This document shows, in pieces, positions 36,450 to 47,599 of a DNA stretch of 64,000 nt; positions within the stretch are counted from its first letter, which is position 1; each line of letters begins with the position of its first letter. The notes beneath the pieces were generated by a model. That model was not told where the DNA came from. It saw only the letters and a program-made list of their open reading frames with translations, and did not search any database. The stretch comes from Anthoceros angustus (taxonomy: Eukaryota > Plantae > Anthocerotophyta): NCBI GenBank assembly GCA_010909165.1, contig MU008180.1:371884-435883 (forward strand), written 5' to 3'. Both the position numbers and the translations under genes were made by a program.

Positions 36450-39400
36450 AACATGAGTGGAGTTGGTGGAGGAGGAGGACCGCCTAACTTCATAGTCGCC
36501 AAGAATACGCCAAATTCGAGAAGAAGAAGGGAGATGATGCGGAGGCGTTTGTAAGAACTTTCGAGCACGCCTCCCACGCTAATTTAGAGGATGGAGTCGC
36601 CGAGCGATCGCGATCTTCCGGATCGCCGAGAGGGCATGCCCAAGGTATGGTCGCACATAATGGCGCCGATTGGGAAGCTCTTAAGGCAGCCTTCTTGAAT
36701 CGGTTCCGAGGGCTCAGCCACGCACACCACACCCAAGTTGAGAACCCTCCAAGGAAGAAACGAGAGTCTTGTTCGATTATGTGGAGAGGTTTTATGGATA
36801 TCCGATCGAGTTCAAATGTGCACCCGAGAGGCCGGAGATCCACCCACCTGGTACTCACAAGAGCAAGCGTTGGATTGGTTTGTGAGTGGCTTGTCACGAA
36901 AATGGAGGTACACTGCAGCGGACGAAGACGTTGGGCCTCCGCTTAGCCGAGGAATGGGAGTCCGCCGAGTTGGGGAGGAGGAGAAAGAAGAGGCGAAGTC
37001 ATAAGAAGAGGAAAGGATCGAGGAGATCTAGCTCCTCGTCTTCCTCTACCTCCTCCAGCTCGTCGCCCTCGTCCTCATCAGGAAGTGAGGACAGCGGAAC
37101 TCAGGAAAGCTCCACATCGGATGAAGAATCAGAGAAGGCCTACGAACGACGAATGAAGAAGGACCTGGAGAAGGTCAAAACGACAAGAGGAGGCGGAACG
37201 CGCATTGGAGAAGGAGAGGAAAGGGAAGACGGTCCGTCGGATGGAGAAGGGAGAAACGCTCAGCAGGAGGAGGGATTGCGGACAAGTGGAGGCTTTGACC
37301 AAGAGGTTGACCGAGTTGGAGGTCAAGGCGTGAAGAATCAAGCTCCACGAAGATCTCCTCATGGGCGCTTGGTGTATTGCTCATCCGTCATCAAACGGGA
37401 CACACCAACCGAGAATGTATTCGCGCACCACGCGCCGTAAATCATGTGGAAACCGTTATGCCGGAGATTATTGGTATGTGGACGAGCATTGCAAGCATGG
37501 AAGTCGGCCACCTCAATCAATGAGGCGACTTACCAACCGACGCACAGCCCTCAAGGTATGGCTCACCCGACATCGCCGGACAATGGAGACCGATCCATCA
37601 GGGCCGGCAATTCCACAGGGGTGTTACAATTGCGGAGCCCCGTGTCACTACTCAAACGAATGCCCGTAACCACGGAAGCAAGTAGGTTATGTACCCTTGC
37701 TGTGTATGGAATTGGGACATAAAATGGGGATCCCGGATGCACGGGTGACGCGAGTGACACCAGACGACTGTGAGTCGTTCACGAGCTGCGGAAGAGGCAC
37801 GACCCAACGAAACCGCATCACGTGACCACACACCGGTGTTGAAGGTGGAGGCGAGTATGATTCTCGGATCTGGCAGACATCGAATCGTGGAGGAAGGATA
37901 TGAAGGAGAAATGAGCGGATGAAAGGTTGATGGTGGCCGGTGACCACCGATCGCCGAGAGAAGGAGCGGAAAACGCGGCGAGAGGAAAGGAAACGGAGGA
38001 AGGTGAGGGATGACTCACCATGGCCTCCGGAGGCAGCGGTTGACCGAGTTGGAGGTCAAGGCGTGAAGAGGAGCAGGCCACCCACCAAAGAAGGCACACC
38101 GGCACTCAGACCGCAGATCACCGTAGGCGGACGTCAAAGGAGGAGGAACGAACGCTTCCTCCCGACATTAGCCGAGAAGTAGCGGCAATCGGAAGATGAA
38201 TTAAACAGCTCACCCGACACGTGGGGGAGAGCCGTAAATTGTGGATCCACGGGGTATGGGTCCCACCCGATAGGAGGGATCATGGAATCGAACTTTACCA
38301 ATAAGGTCGGAGTCGACAGCGCTGTGGCTGCAAGCGGGAGGAAACTTTGTCGATAAAATCTCCGGGCCACGACGCATTACTTGACCGCGAATTTGTGGTC
38401 AGAGATGCTTGCGGTGAGTCCAAGATCCCGCAAAATTGTGAAGGAGGCGATCGGGGAATCAAGCTCCACATCGGATGAGGAGAAAGCGGCCGGCGGAGGT
38501 AAATGTGGTCGAACTCGTTGATTTGGGGGCACCCGAGATTGAGGTTGAGATTGCAGGGTGTTTAGTGCCCAACGTGCCACTAGATTCAGGTTCGGGAGTC
38601 AATTTGATGACGGAGGAGACGGCTCATCAACTTGGGTTCACTGAGTTTCACCCGGCCCAAGTATTTTTACGGATGGCCGACCAGACGAGGAGAAAGCCAC
38701 TGGGTGAAGGAATGCCCACAGAATTGGGGACTCACCTTCCATCTTACCTACATTGTGATGCGCCGCTCGGATTTAGGCTATAAGGTTTTGATAGGTAGGC
38801 CTTGGTTGTATGGTCTGCGTGTGTTTTGATTTTGGTCGAGTGGCATCACCTTCAAGTCCAAGAGATACGCGCGATTGCTTTTGTGTCATGGAGTAAGGCT
38901 CCTATGAGGGGAGTCTGCAACCCCCGACGGTACACCTCGTAGCACGGGGTAAGCTCCTGCAAAGGATCGAGCATATCGGGGTCCTCACGAGGTCAAATAA
39001 AGAGTGATTTGGTGTACTGCTTACATATAGAGGAAGCCAGAAGAGTCAGGATGAGGCCCATAGAGAAGGAGTAGCCTTTTGGAAGGGTGGCTTGATCGAG
39101 ACTTTTCGGAAGAGGGATCCGAAAGATAGGTAGCACCAGAGGAACATATGTAGATCCCGCGCGGTAGAAGACCTAGAGTTAGAACCTAGCAAGGTAGTCA
39201 AGATTTCTAAGTACCTAGGCGGATAGAAAAGATGAGTTTCGAGGGTCCTTAGAGAATATGTCGATGTGTTTGCCTTCAAGATTACCGACATGATGTGATA
39301 CCGGAAGAACTGGGAATACATCGAATAGACTGAAGGAGGGCAAGACTCGGTGAGGATCAAGCAACAGTCGAATCCCAAGTATTCCATGGTTGTTAAGGAT

Positions 39401-40520
39401 CACCGACCAATACTTGGAGGTGGGTGATTTATCCGGTGCTCACCAAAAGGAGTGGGTCGCCCATCGTGATTGTACCAAAGAAGCAGGAAAGGTTCGGTGT
39501 GTCAAGATTTTCGTGAAACTCAATGAAGGCAACGAAGAAGGATCATCACCCTTTACCTTTCATGGACAGTGTTGACACATGGCTGGACATGAGATGTACA
39601 GCTTGGATGGATATTCGGTACAATCAAATTTCGCGGAAGGAGGATCAGACAAGACAACGCTCACGGATTGGGGAACTTACGCTTATTCAAGCTCCCTTCG
39701 GTTGTGCAATGCCCCGCCACTTTCCAACGGTGGTGAACGCGATATTCGAGATTTTCCGGAAGTTCATGGAGGTATTCCTGGATGATTTCGTTTGGGAGAA
39801 GGAACTTGCATTTAGACCATTTGAGGCAATGTTTTAAATGTGGTCGAACATGAAACTTCATCCAAGTGTTATTTTGGCATGACGGAGGGCATTTTGTTAG
39901 CACATCGAGTCTCAGAGGATTGGTAGATAAGGAGAAGGTAGCGGTGATAGGAGATGGACGCACTCAACGGTGAGGCAAAGTAGCTTTTGTAGGGCTAGTG
40001 GGGTATTACAGGAGGTTCATCAAGGATTTCGCCAAGAAGGCAGCCTTGTTGACACAATTAACCAAGAAGGATACACCCTTCGAATGGACGTGCAGAGCTT
40101 TTCAGAAGCTTGGACTTTTGGTGAGCGCACCAACTTTACAACCGGATTGGGAGAAGCCGTTTCATGTATACGTAGATGTGTCCGCTTATGCTATTGGGAC
40201 CGTCTTAAGTCGAAAAGATGAGAAGAAACGGATCATCCGATTTTCTATGCTAGATCACGACCGAAAAGAACTACTCAACCACGGAGCGGAGGGTCTTGGT
40301 ATCATTTACTCTGTAAGAAGTTTAGACACTATCGCTTGCTTGCAAGGTGACGCTTCATGTTGACCATTTTGCGTTGAAGTATCTTGTCAACAAGCGGATC
40401 AGCCGGAAGGATTGCCGTGGGTATTGCTGCAAGAGTTTGACTACGACGTAGAAACTAGGCCAGGGAAGCAACACCAGAATGCTGATTTCATCGCCGAAAC
40501 CGGAGAGCGACTTGAGGCTG
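36450..40520 (+). mobile_element. Ty3/gypsy (Athila/Tat-like) gag-protease-RT-RNase H, heavily frameshifted
   Basis: ADWEALKAAFLNRF, knuckle CYNCGAPCHYSNEC, protease VPLDSGSGVNLM, ATKKDHHPLPF, LDGY, PFGLCNAP, FMEVFLDDF, GYYRRFIKDFAK, FHVYVDVSAYAIG. Confidence 0.92.
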
Positions 40521-40526
40521 ATGACC

Positions 40527-42450
40527 GATTTCGACGAGGAGTTGGTTGCCACGGCCGGGTCAAGGGGAGGACGTGAGCATGTTGTCGACGGCCTAAGAAT
40601 TGATCAGCAAGTCTTGTTGCTAGAGGCCAAATGAGCAAGAAGGGGAGCGTGCAGAAAAGCCGCAGCAGGACAACTGGAACCGAGGAGATAGGATGGCGCC
40701 AGCCTGGGCGCGAGGAGGAGGCTGGAATGCTCCTCAAGGGTGAGCAGTCGGGAGGGCTGCAAGTGGAGGCCACACGTTGGCAAAAGGAAGAAACAAAAAC
40801 GGACATGCGAGCACCGTTTTTGAATGACGAGAAGGACCGTACTTGGCGAGGTCGGAAACGAGGCACCACGGGGCCGCGAGGAGAAGAAGGTCCCAGGGAG
40901 ATGGACACACTAGAGAACGAAGAAGGAGATGCGCTTCATGCAAGATCTGTGCAGAAACTGCAGAAGGGAGAATTGGCAGTCCGGGGTAACCACTCAAAAC
41001 TCAATCATGGAGGTGCAACAAGTCAAGGAGGTCATCATGGGAGTACGAGATGGACCCAGACGCGAAGTTAGGCCGATAGGGACGGACGAAATCAGCCTAT
41101 TAAAAGAGTGCATATTTTTGGTCTGGAATGTATTCCGACGTCGAGCGAGTGGTGGCGAGATGTGCTGCTTGTGATGCAGTTAAAGCGAGGTTCAACAGCC
41201 AGGATGTGGTGTTGCATTCGCTGCCTATTCGGGGGTTGTTCTTCGATGGTCCGCTGACCTTATGCCGAGCTACCATTGACCAAGCAAGGCAACAAGCATT
41301 GTATGCTTATGATAGAACACTTCTCCAAGTGGGTGGAATTGGCATTCCAAATGAACTTCCCAATTCACGGCACGAGCTTCCTACGGTGTGTTTTGAGCAG
41401 ACATGCCGGCGAGGTGCCGGCTGCATCGGAAACGACCGCGAGGAGAGTTCCAAGCGTTGTTAGATCGGAGTTTGATAGATCATGACGCACGCCACGGATG
41501 GATTTCGACGAGGAGTTGGTTACCATGACCCAAGTCGAAGGGGAGGAGGTGAGCATGTTGTCGACGGCCTAAGAATTGACCAGCAAGCCTTCTTGCCAGC
41601 AGAGGCCAAATGAGCAAGAAGGGAGCGTTGTGCAGGAAAAGCTGCAGCAGGACAATCTGGAAATCCGAGGGGAGATAGGATGGCGCCAGCATGGGCGCAA
41701 GGAGGAGGCTGGAATGCTCCTCAAGGGTGAGCAGTCAGGAGGGCTGCAAGTGGAGGCCACACGTTGGCAAAGGAAGAAACAAAAACGGACATGCGAGCAC
41801 CGTTTTTGAATGACGAGAAGGACTGTACTTGGCAAGGTCGGAAACGAGGCACCACGGGCCGAGGAGAAGAAGGTCCCGGGGTGGACAAGGAGATGCGCTT
41901 CATTCATGCGAAGCCGAGAAGGGGAGAATTGGCGGGGTGGGGTAACCACTCAAAACTCAATCATGGAGGTGCAACAAGTCAAGGAGGTCATCATGGGAGT
42001 CGAGATGGACCCAGAGAATTAGGCCGATAGGGACTGGAAATCAGCCTATTAAAAGAGTGCATATTTTTGGTCTGGAATGTATTCCGACGTCGAGCGAGTG
42101 GTGGCGAGATGTGCTGCTTGTGATGCAGTTAAAGCGAGGTTCAACAGCCAGGATGTGGTGTTGCATTCGCTGCCTATTCGGGGGTTGTTCTTTCGATGGT
42201 CCGTTGACCTCATGCCAGAGCTACCATTGACCAAGCAAGGCAACAAGCATTGTATGCTTATGATAGAACACTTCTCCAAGTGGGTGGAATTGGCATTCCT
42301 TCCAGTCAGGACTTCACAGTTCACGGCACGGGCTTTCCTACAGTGTGTTTTGAGGCGGAAGGCATGCGGAGGTCTTGACGGATCAGGAAGCGAATTCGGA
42401 GGAGAGTTCCAAGCGTTGTTAGATCGGAGTTTGATAGATCACAGACGCAC
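40527..42450 (+). repeat. ~975-bp tandem duplication covering the pre-integrase linker and integrase N-terminal half
   Basis: gatttcgacgaggagttggtt starts at ~40527 and ~41501. Confidence 0.9.
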
Positions 42451-43272
42451 GTCACGGGATCATCCTCAGGGAGATGGTTTAGCAGAAAGGCTGGTGCAAA
42501 CTTTCAAGGATTCTCTTCGCACCGCATGCAGATCGAGCCTAATTATGGTTGTTGCCCGCGCCTCGCTACGAACTGCACAGGCAGCCCGGGCAACTTCCCT
42601 TATTATATCATGTTTGGCGAGAATCTTGTGCTGCCCAACATAGTGGCGGACACGTATTCCAAACCGATCGACACAAAATGAATGAATGTTGCTCGTAGTT
42701 ACGAAACCGCCAAGTTGTTACAACGAGTGATACCCATGGCGATGGACAATCCGCTATCACAAGACCGATCACCGAGGTACGCATTCACACGAGGAGGATC
42801 ATGGAAGCCAAAGGCCGAAAGTTCAGTAGGTGATTTCGTGTATCTTCAACATCGCCCTTCCGCACTTTGGACGAAGCACGGACGGTTAATTTTGCGAGTG
42901 GTGAACGTTGGTGAGCAAGGGGTCATCGAGTTGGAAGGGCAAGACGAGCGCCGATGCAAGGAACCCATGCGGCATCTGGCCCCATGCCACTTGCCGAATC
43001 TTGACACGCGCATACAACCACAGGCATGGAAGCCACCTGTTGACCTGCCGTGCGAACACTGTGGTCAAATCATTGACCCTGAACTGATGCTATTGTGTGA
43101 TCAGTGCAACCAAGGGCATCATGTCTTTTGTCTTCGACCGCCGTTGAAGGCGATTCCGGAAGGAGAATGGTTTTGTTACAAATGTACGACGGAAAAGTTA
43201 GGGCGAAAGGGAGCTGGGGGGCCAGGTAAAACGCGCACTCACGGAGTGGGTGTGCGGGAAGAGCGTCACTAA
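41087..43272 (+). mobile_element. Ty3/gypsy integrase (moss/green-algal type) with C-terminal PHD finger
   Basis: YFWSGMYSDVERVVARCAACDAVK, LPIRGLFFRWSVDL, MIEHFSKWVEL, GSEFGGEF, DHRRTSRDHPQGDGLAERLVQTFK. PHD at 43051-43185: CEHC-x12-CDQCNQGHHVFC..IPEGEWFCYKC. Confidence 0.92.
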
Positions 43273-43282
43273 GAGGGGTAGG

Positions 43283-43913
43283 TCTATAAAACCCGTTACT
43301 TGCCTTATCGATACACGGGTTGTGTGAGATGTACAGTGTGGTTGGCGAGCGCAAGGGAAGTAAAGTGTGAACAAAGGATTGGCGGGCACGAAAGGATTCT
43401 GCAATAGGCTGGAGGATTTAGCGATTTATTGGAGAAGGCTCGGCAATTTGCTGGAGAAATACAGGTGTGAGTGCATCGATCCGCAGGTAGCGATGCGAGG
43501 AAGGTGAACGACAGGGAGTTGTCACAGTGCATGTGAGGGAGGAAGCCAATTGCGGTAACCGCCCGTGTGGGTGCGACAAGCAAGGAAAGGCGGCCTGATT
43601 CAATTCATCAGCGAGTTGTTGCAGCTGAAGGAAGGTGATGAAGCATGGAACATCGTAGCCTTGCGCCGCAGCGGTCATCAATTCGTTGATCAAGGCATGG
43701 TAGTTTGCAGAGATAGGGATAATAGGCAGCTCAAGTGACAGAAAGTGAGAAGGCGGTGATCACAGAAGGACTGGGGGTGAAGAACAAGCGCTAGGGTGGT
43801 CATGGCATCAAGCATCTGGGTATGAGCACGAGCAGTGGAGGTGCATGGTCTATTTGTTGCATAAACGGCAAGTAACAGTGACTGGACGACTCACAGGTGA
43901 GACCAAGTTGACA
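43283..43913 (+). repeat. Possible 3' LTR of the PHD-integrase element
   Basis: Follows purine tract aagaggggtagg just after the integrase-PHD stop and ends ...ttgaca. No second copy in the window and no canonical TG start. Confidence 0.28.
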
Positions 43914-44133
43914 TTCAGTCGTTGCAATCAGGCTAGCTTGTGTTGACTAACAGGCCGGACACTCGCTTTGCAAAGCCAGTTGCAAACATAGGTAGTCTTC
44001 CAGGAATCAATCAGTTCATATGGTTGTTTGACCAACACTAGCGGCACCCGTTTTCCAAATTGTGAGAGCATCAAAAGAGGGATTCCCATTGGGGTCAACA
44101 GGTGGTTGATATGGATATGGAAGCAGACCACAC

Positions 44134-44985
44134 TTGCAAGTCATGCTTCCGGAGAATGAGCACAAGTGTTCCACAGTTTGCAGACAGGCCATGGGAAGAC
44201 AAATGGAAAACACCTTTGGTAAGGAAGTATCAGCCTGGCAAGCCCGAACGACCGAGACATTTACGGGTTGCAAGCATTTTTCTTTGTATATAGAATCACA
44301 TCATGAGGGCTGCAACATCGAGAGTTTTCCTTATGATCATCGAGATCTTTTTGAGCTGGCAGGAAGGGGCATGAACAGGCAAAGCTTCGTGTGGACCAGT
44401 TACTGTGAAGGGGCATTTCGAAAACTGGAACATCACCTGTTCATGCATCAGGTGTTTGATCACTAGCCCACTGAAGGGTTCTTAATGTACAGGCACAAAG
44501 AGAAGCCAGCTGATTTGCGAAGTCTGAAAGTGTGGTTAAGTCATCTGCATAGGGAGAAAGCGGGGCGTTTTGCCATTGGTTATCCGCGAGCTTTTTATAG
44601 AGTGTTTGCTTGCCTACACACAGGAGTGTTGGAATGGGATGAGGCCACTTTGGAATCCTGGTATCTGCTCAATGACAATGTGGGGGATTTTCTTCGTGCT
44701 CAGTGCATCGAAAAACAGTATTATGTGAATGGTTTGAATGGGCCGCAGCTGCCTCGAGTGAAGACTGAACTGGATAGTGATGAAGAAGAGGAGCTCATGG
44801 CCCGACATCGAGCAAAGGAGCATGCGCGGTTGGGCAAAGCGCAGATGGATGAATATTTTGACCCAGAAGATCGGCGTGTGGCCGCGTTGCTGGCCACAGG
44901 AAGAATGGAGCATGACAAACCGTCTGAACCACAGCTTCGAGACGGCATGTTCCGAAGGTTTTATCGACGATTCTATGGCATATGA
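44134..44985 (+). pseudogene. Unassigned ~280-codon reading frame with one in-frame stop
   Basis: ORFs 44134-44466 and 44485-44985 are in the same frame, separated by a single TAG. No recognised motif. Confidence 0.33.
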
Positions 44986-45744
44986 GTGCCAAAGTGGTGC
45001 TCACACAACGCAACCAGTTCTTTCGAGCAGCCCAACTTTGGCAGGGGGGCCATTTACAAGCGTTGTGATGACAGCTCATGTAGTTAAGGGTGTAGATCAC
45101 GGAGTCCCGTGGGAAGTGGTTGACACGTTTTGGTGGCATGACATGTGCGTCCATGCCTGCTATGCGGCTGTGGCGCGACAGCTGTCATGGCATATAGAGG
45201 TAGGAATAGGCATGTAGGGTTTGGGTGTGATAACGTGTGTGTGTCCGGTATAATGTGTGGGGATAAGTGGTGCATGGACCATGACTGCATGTGTATACTG
45301 TGAGTGTGATGGCGTGATGCATGTCATGAGTATAGAGATAGGATGGCATCATGGCTACATGGCCATGCCCATAGCTCAGTATAAGGCACAATGGCGAAGA
45401 TCTTCCGGCGTGTGCGGGCGCGTTCACGGCCCTTCGGAATTCGGGCCGGTAATTAAGATCGGCGGCGGTGTAGGCTACAAAGAGCTAGCAATCCGTCATT
45501 GGGAGCGGATTGTTGATGTCCGATTCAAGAGAACGGCCATACAGATCCCAAGCGTTTTTGTGCACCTTGTGTGTGATTCAGCGGTGGTGTGTGTGCATAG
45601 GAGCAGAGGTTCCAAAAGGTGTGGTTTTTGCCATTTACAAGCGTTGTGATGACAACAGCAGGGTGTAGATCACGAGTCCCGTGGGAAGTGGTTGAAACGC
45701 TTTGGTGGCATGACGTCTACGTGGTATGGCGCTGGCGCATACAC

Positions 45745-46469
45745 AACAACAAGCAGATGTTGAGGAGTCGATTCCCAAGATTGGAGGATGCAGAGGCGAA
45801 CCAACGGCGGCTATTCAGACGGTCGACAAGGGTTCACGAGCGCCAAAGGTCCTCGAGAATACTTGACTCAACATGGTGAGCGGACAAGAATGGTGTTTTC
45901 TTCTCGAAGATGATATCCCGCCACAATTGAGGAAGCACGAAACGGACTCAAGGTGAGTTCGAATAAAGCTTATTCAGACGGTCGACAAGGGTTCGGCGGC
46001 CGCGGAAGGTCCTCGAGAATGCCTGACTCAACATGGTGGCGGACAAGAATGGTGTTTTCTTCTCGAAGATGATATCCATCACAATTGAGGAAGCGAAACG
46101 GACCAAGGTGAGTTCGAATAAAGCTATTCGAGTATAATTCGATGCTCGAAAACAACGCTTGACGTTGGTTGATTTGCCACCCGGAGAAAAGTCGACCACC
46201 ATAGCGGACTTTCAAGAAGAAGCACAAGTCGGACGGATCTCGAAAGGCATAAGGCGAGACTAGTGGCTCGCGGCTCACTTAGCTGGACTACGAGGAGACC
46301 TTTTCCTTGGTAGTTCGCATGAACAGATCTCAAAGGCGTGATTCAGATCTCATACCTCCGCACCGAGGAGATGGTGGCGGATATCTTCTCCAAGGCTTCT
46401 CCAAGGCGCTCAGCGGCGCAAAGTTTGCACACTTTCGTTCGGGTAAGTAACTTTAGCTTGAAGGGGGAG
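45745..46469 (+). mobile_element. Copia 1 3' remnant (INT-RT linker, RT start, RNase H end, PPT)
   Basis: RRSTRV linker (with ~160-bp tandem duplication 45800-46110), TLVDLPPG, KARLVARG, YLRTEEMVADIFSKA, PPT gaagggggag at 46460-46469. Most of RT/RH is deleted. Confidence 0.85.
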
Positions 46470-46812
46470 TGTCAGAGATTCAATCCTATGCTACTCACTA
46501 TAGTATATTCGGATATACTAGGATATTGCACTAGACTCGATTACTCCAGTATATTAGGATATACTAGGATATTGCACTCTCGAGTCTAGGGCTTACCTCC
46601 TCGATAGTTGCCTAGCCTAAGGACTATATATGTAGCACCTTGTGCACCATATTTATGTGTGCTGTGGAGCCTATCTAAGCCGATTAGTGCTATTATGTGC
46701 CATCCATTGCCTCGCGTTCCGCTTCGTGTGCCATCCATTGCCTCTGGTCCGCTATGCGTGTGCCATCCATTGCCGCTTGTGTTCCGAACTGTTGATCCCG
46801 TGCTCCTCCACA
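46470..46812 (+). repeat. 3' LTR of Copia 1 family, with internal tandem expansions
   Basis: tgtcagagattcaatcc.. matches the LTR at 7506. It has an extra copy of the tatactaggatatt block and three copies of gtgccatccattgcc. Confidence 0.85.
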
Positions 46813-47477
46813 TCTCAAGAGCTTGGATGCCCTGGCGCCGTCGTCGCGGACGGGATCTTTCCCGGATCTTTCCCGTATCCGCCTCTGCCAACAGGTCGTC
46901 AAGGTTGGCCTTGAGGACGGCCTCCAAGCGGGGATCTGCACCCATCACGCCTGCTAGCATCGCCAGCTCCGCCCGCACACTCTCCAGGTGGACATGAGCA
47001 TCGATTGCCATCGTTGCCCAGTCGTCCCTGTCCTCACACACATTTGTGATGAGCTCCTTCACCAACCGGAGGCGCCGCTGGCGCTTGGGCCCCTTCTCCT
47101 GAGACAGTCCTTCGATGATCTTCTCCAAAGAGACGCGCCGCTGGCCCGCCTTCATCTCCTCTCGCAGTATTGTCAGGCTCCCATCGCCCGCCCTTCGCCG
47201 CCCGCGGCTGGGTCTCAGGCCGATCCGCCATCTGTGCCTTGAGGGTGGCCAGGAGGCCTTCTTGCTGCCGTAATCGGGCCTGTGCTACCAAGAGCTGCAG
47301 CTGCACCGTCTTCATTTCCAGACTTTGGCGTTCGATGGTCGCCTTCAGACCTGTGATCATCGACTCTTCGGCCGGGCTAGAGAGCTCCTCCACCTCTTCA
47401 GCAAGGCTAGCGAGCTCCTTCCACCGACCGCACAGGGATTCTGCTGCCGTCATGGCACGCTTCCAAGCCGCCGCCAT
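46810..47477 (-). other. Predicted coiled-coil reading frame of unknown origin (frameshifted)
   Basis: Overlapping ORFs 47034-47477 and 46586-47155 have heptad-like E/L/K/Q-rich composition and join by one frameshift. Confidence 0.33.
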
Positions 47478-47599
47478 GACCCCTCTTGGAAGTCATGTTC
47501 TTCTCTTTTAAAAGTATTGCAGCGCTTGTCTTTCCAAGTCCAAGGGCAGATTTGCAAGTCCTGTGAAGTTGCAGAGACCATCACGCAGCCATCAAACAG

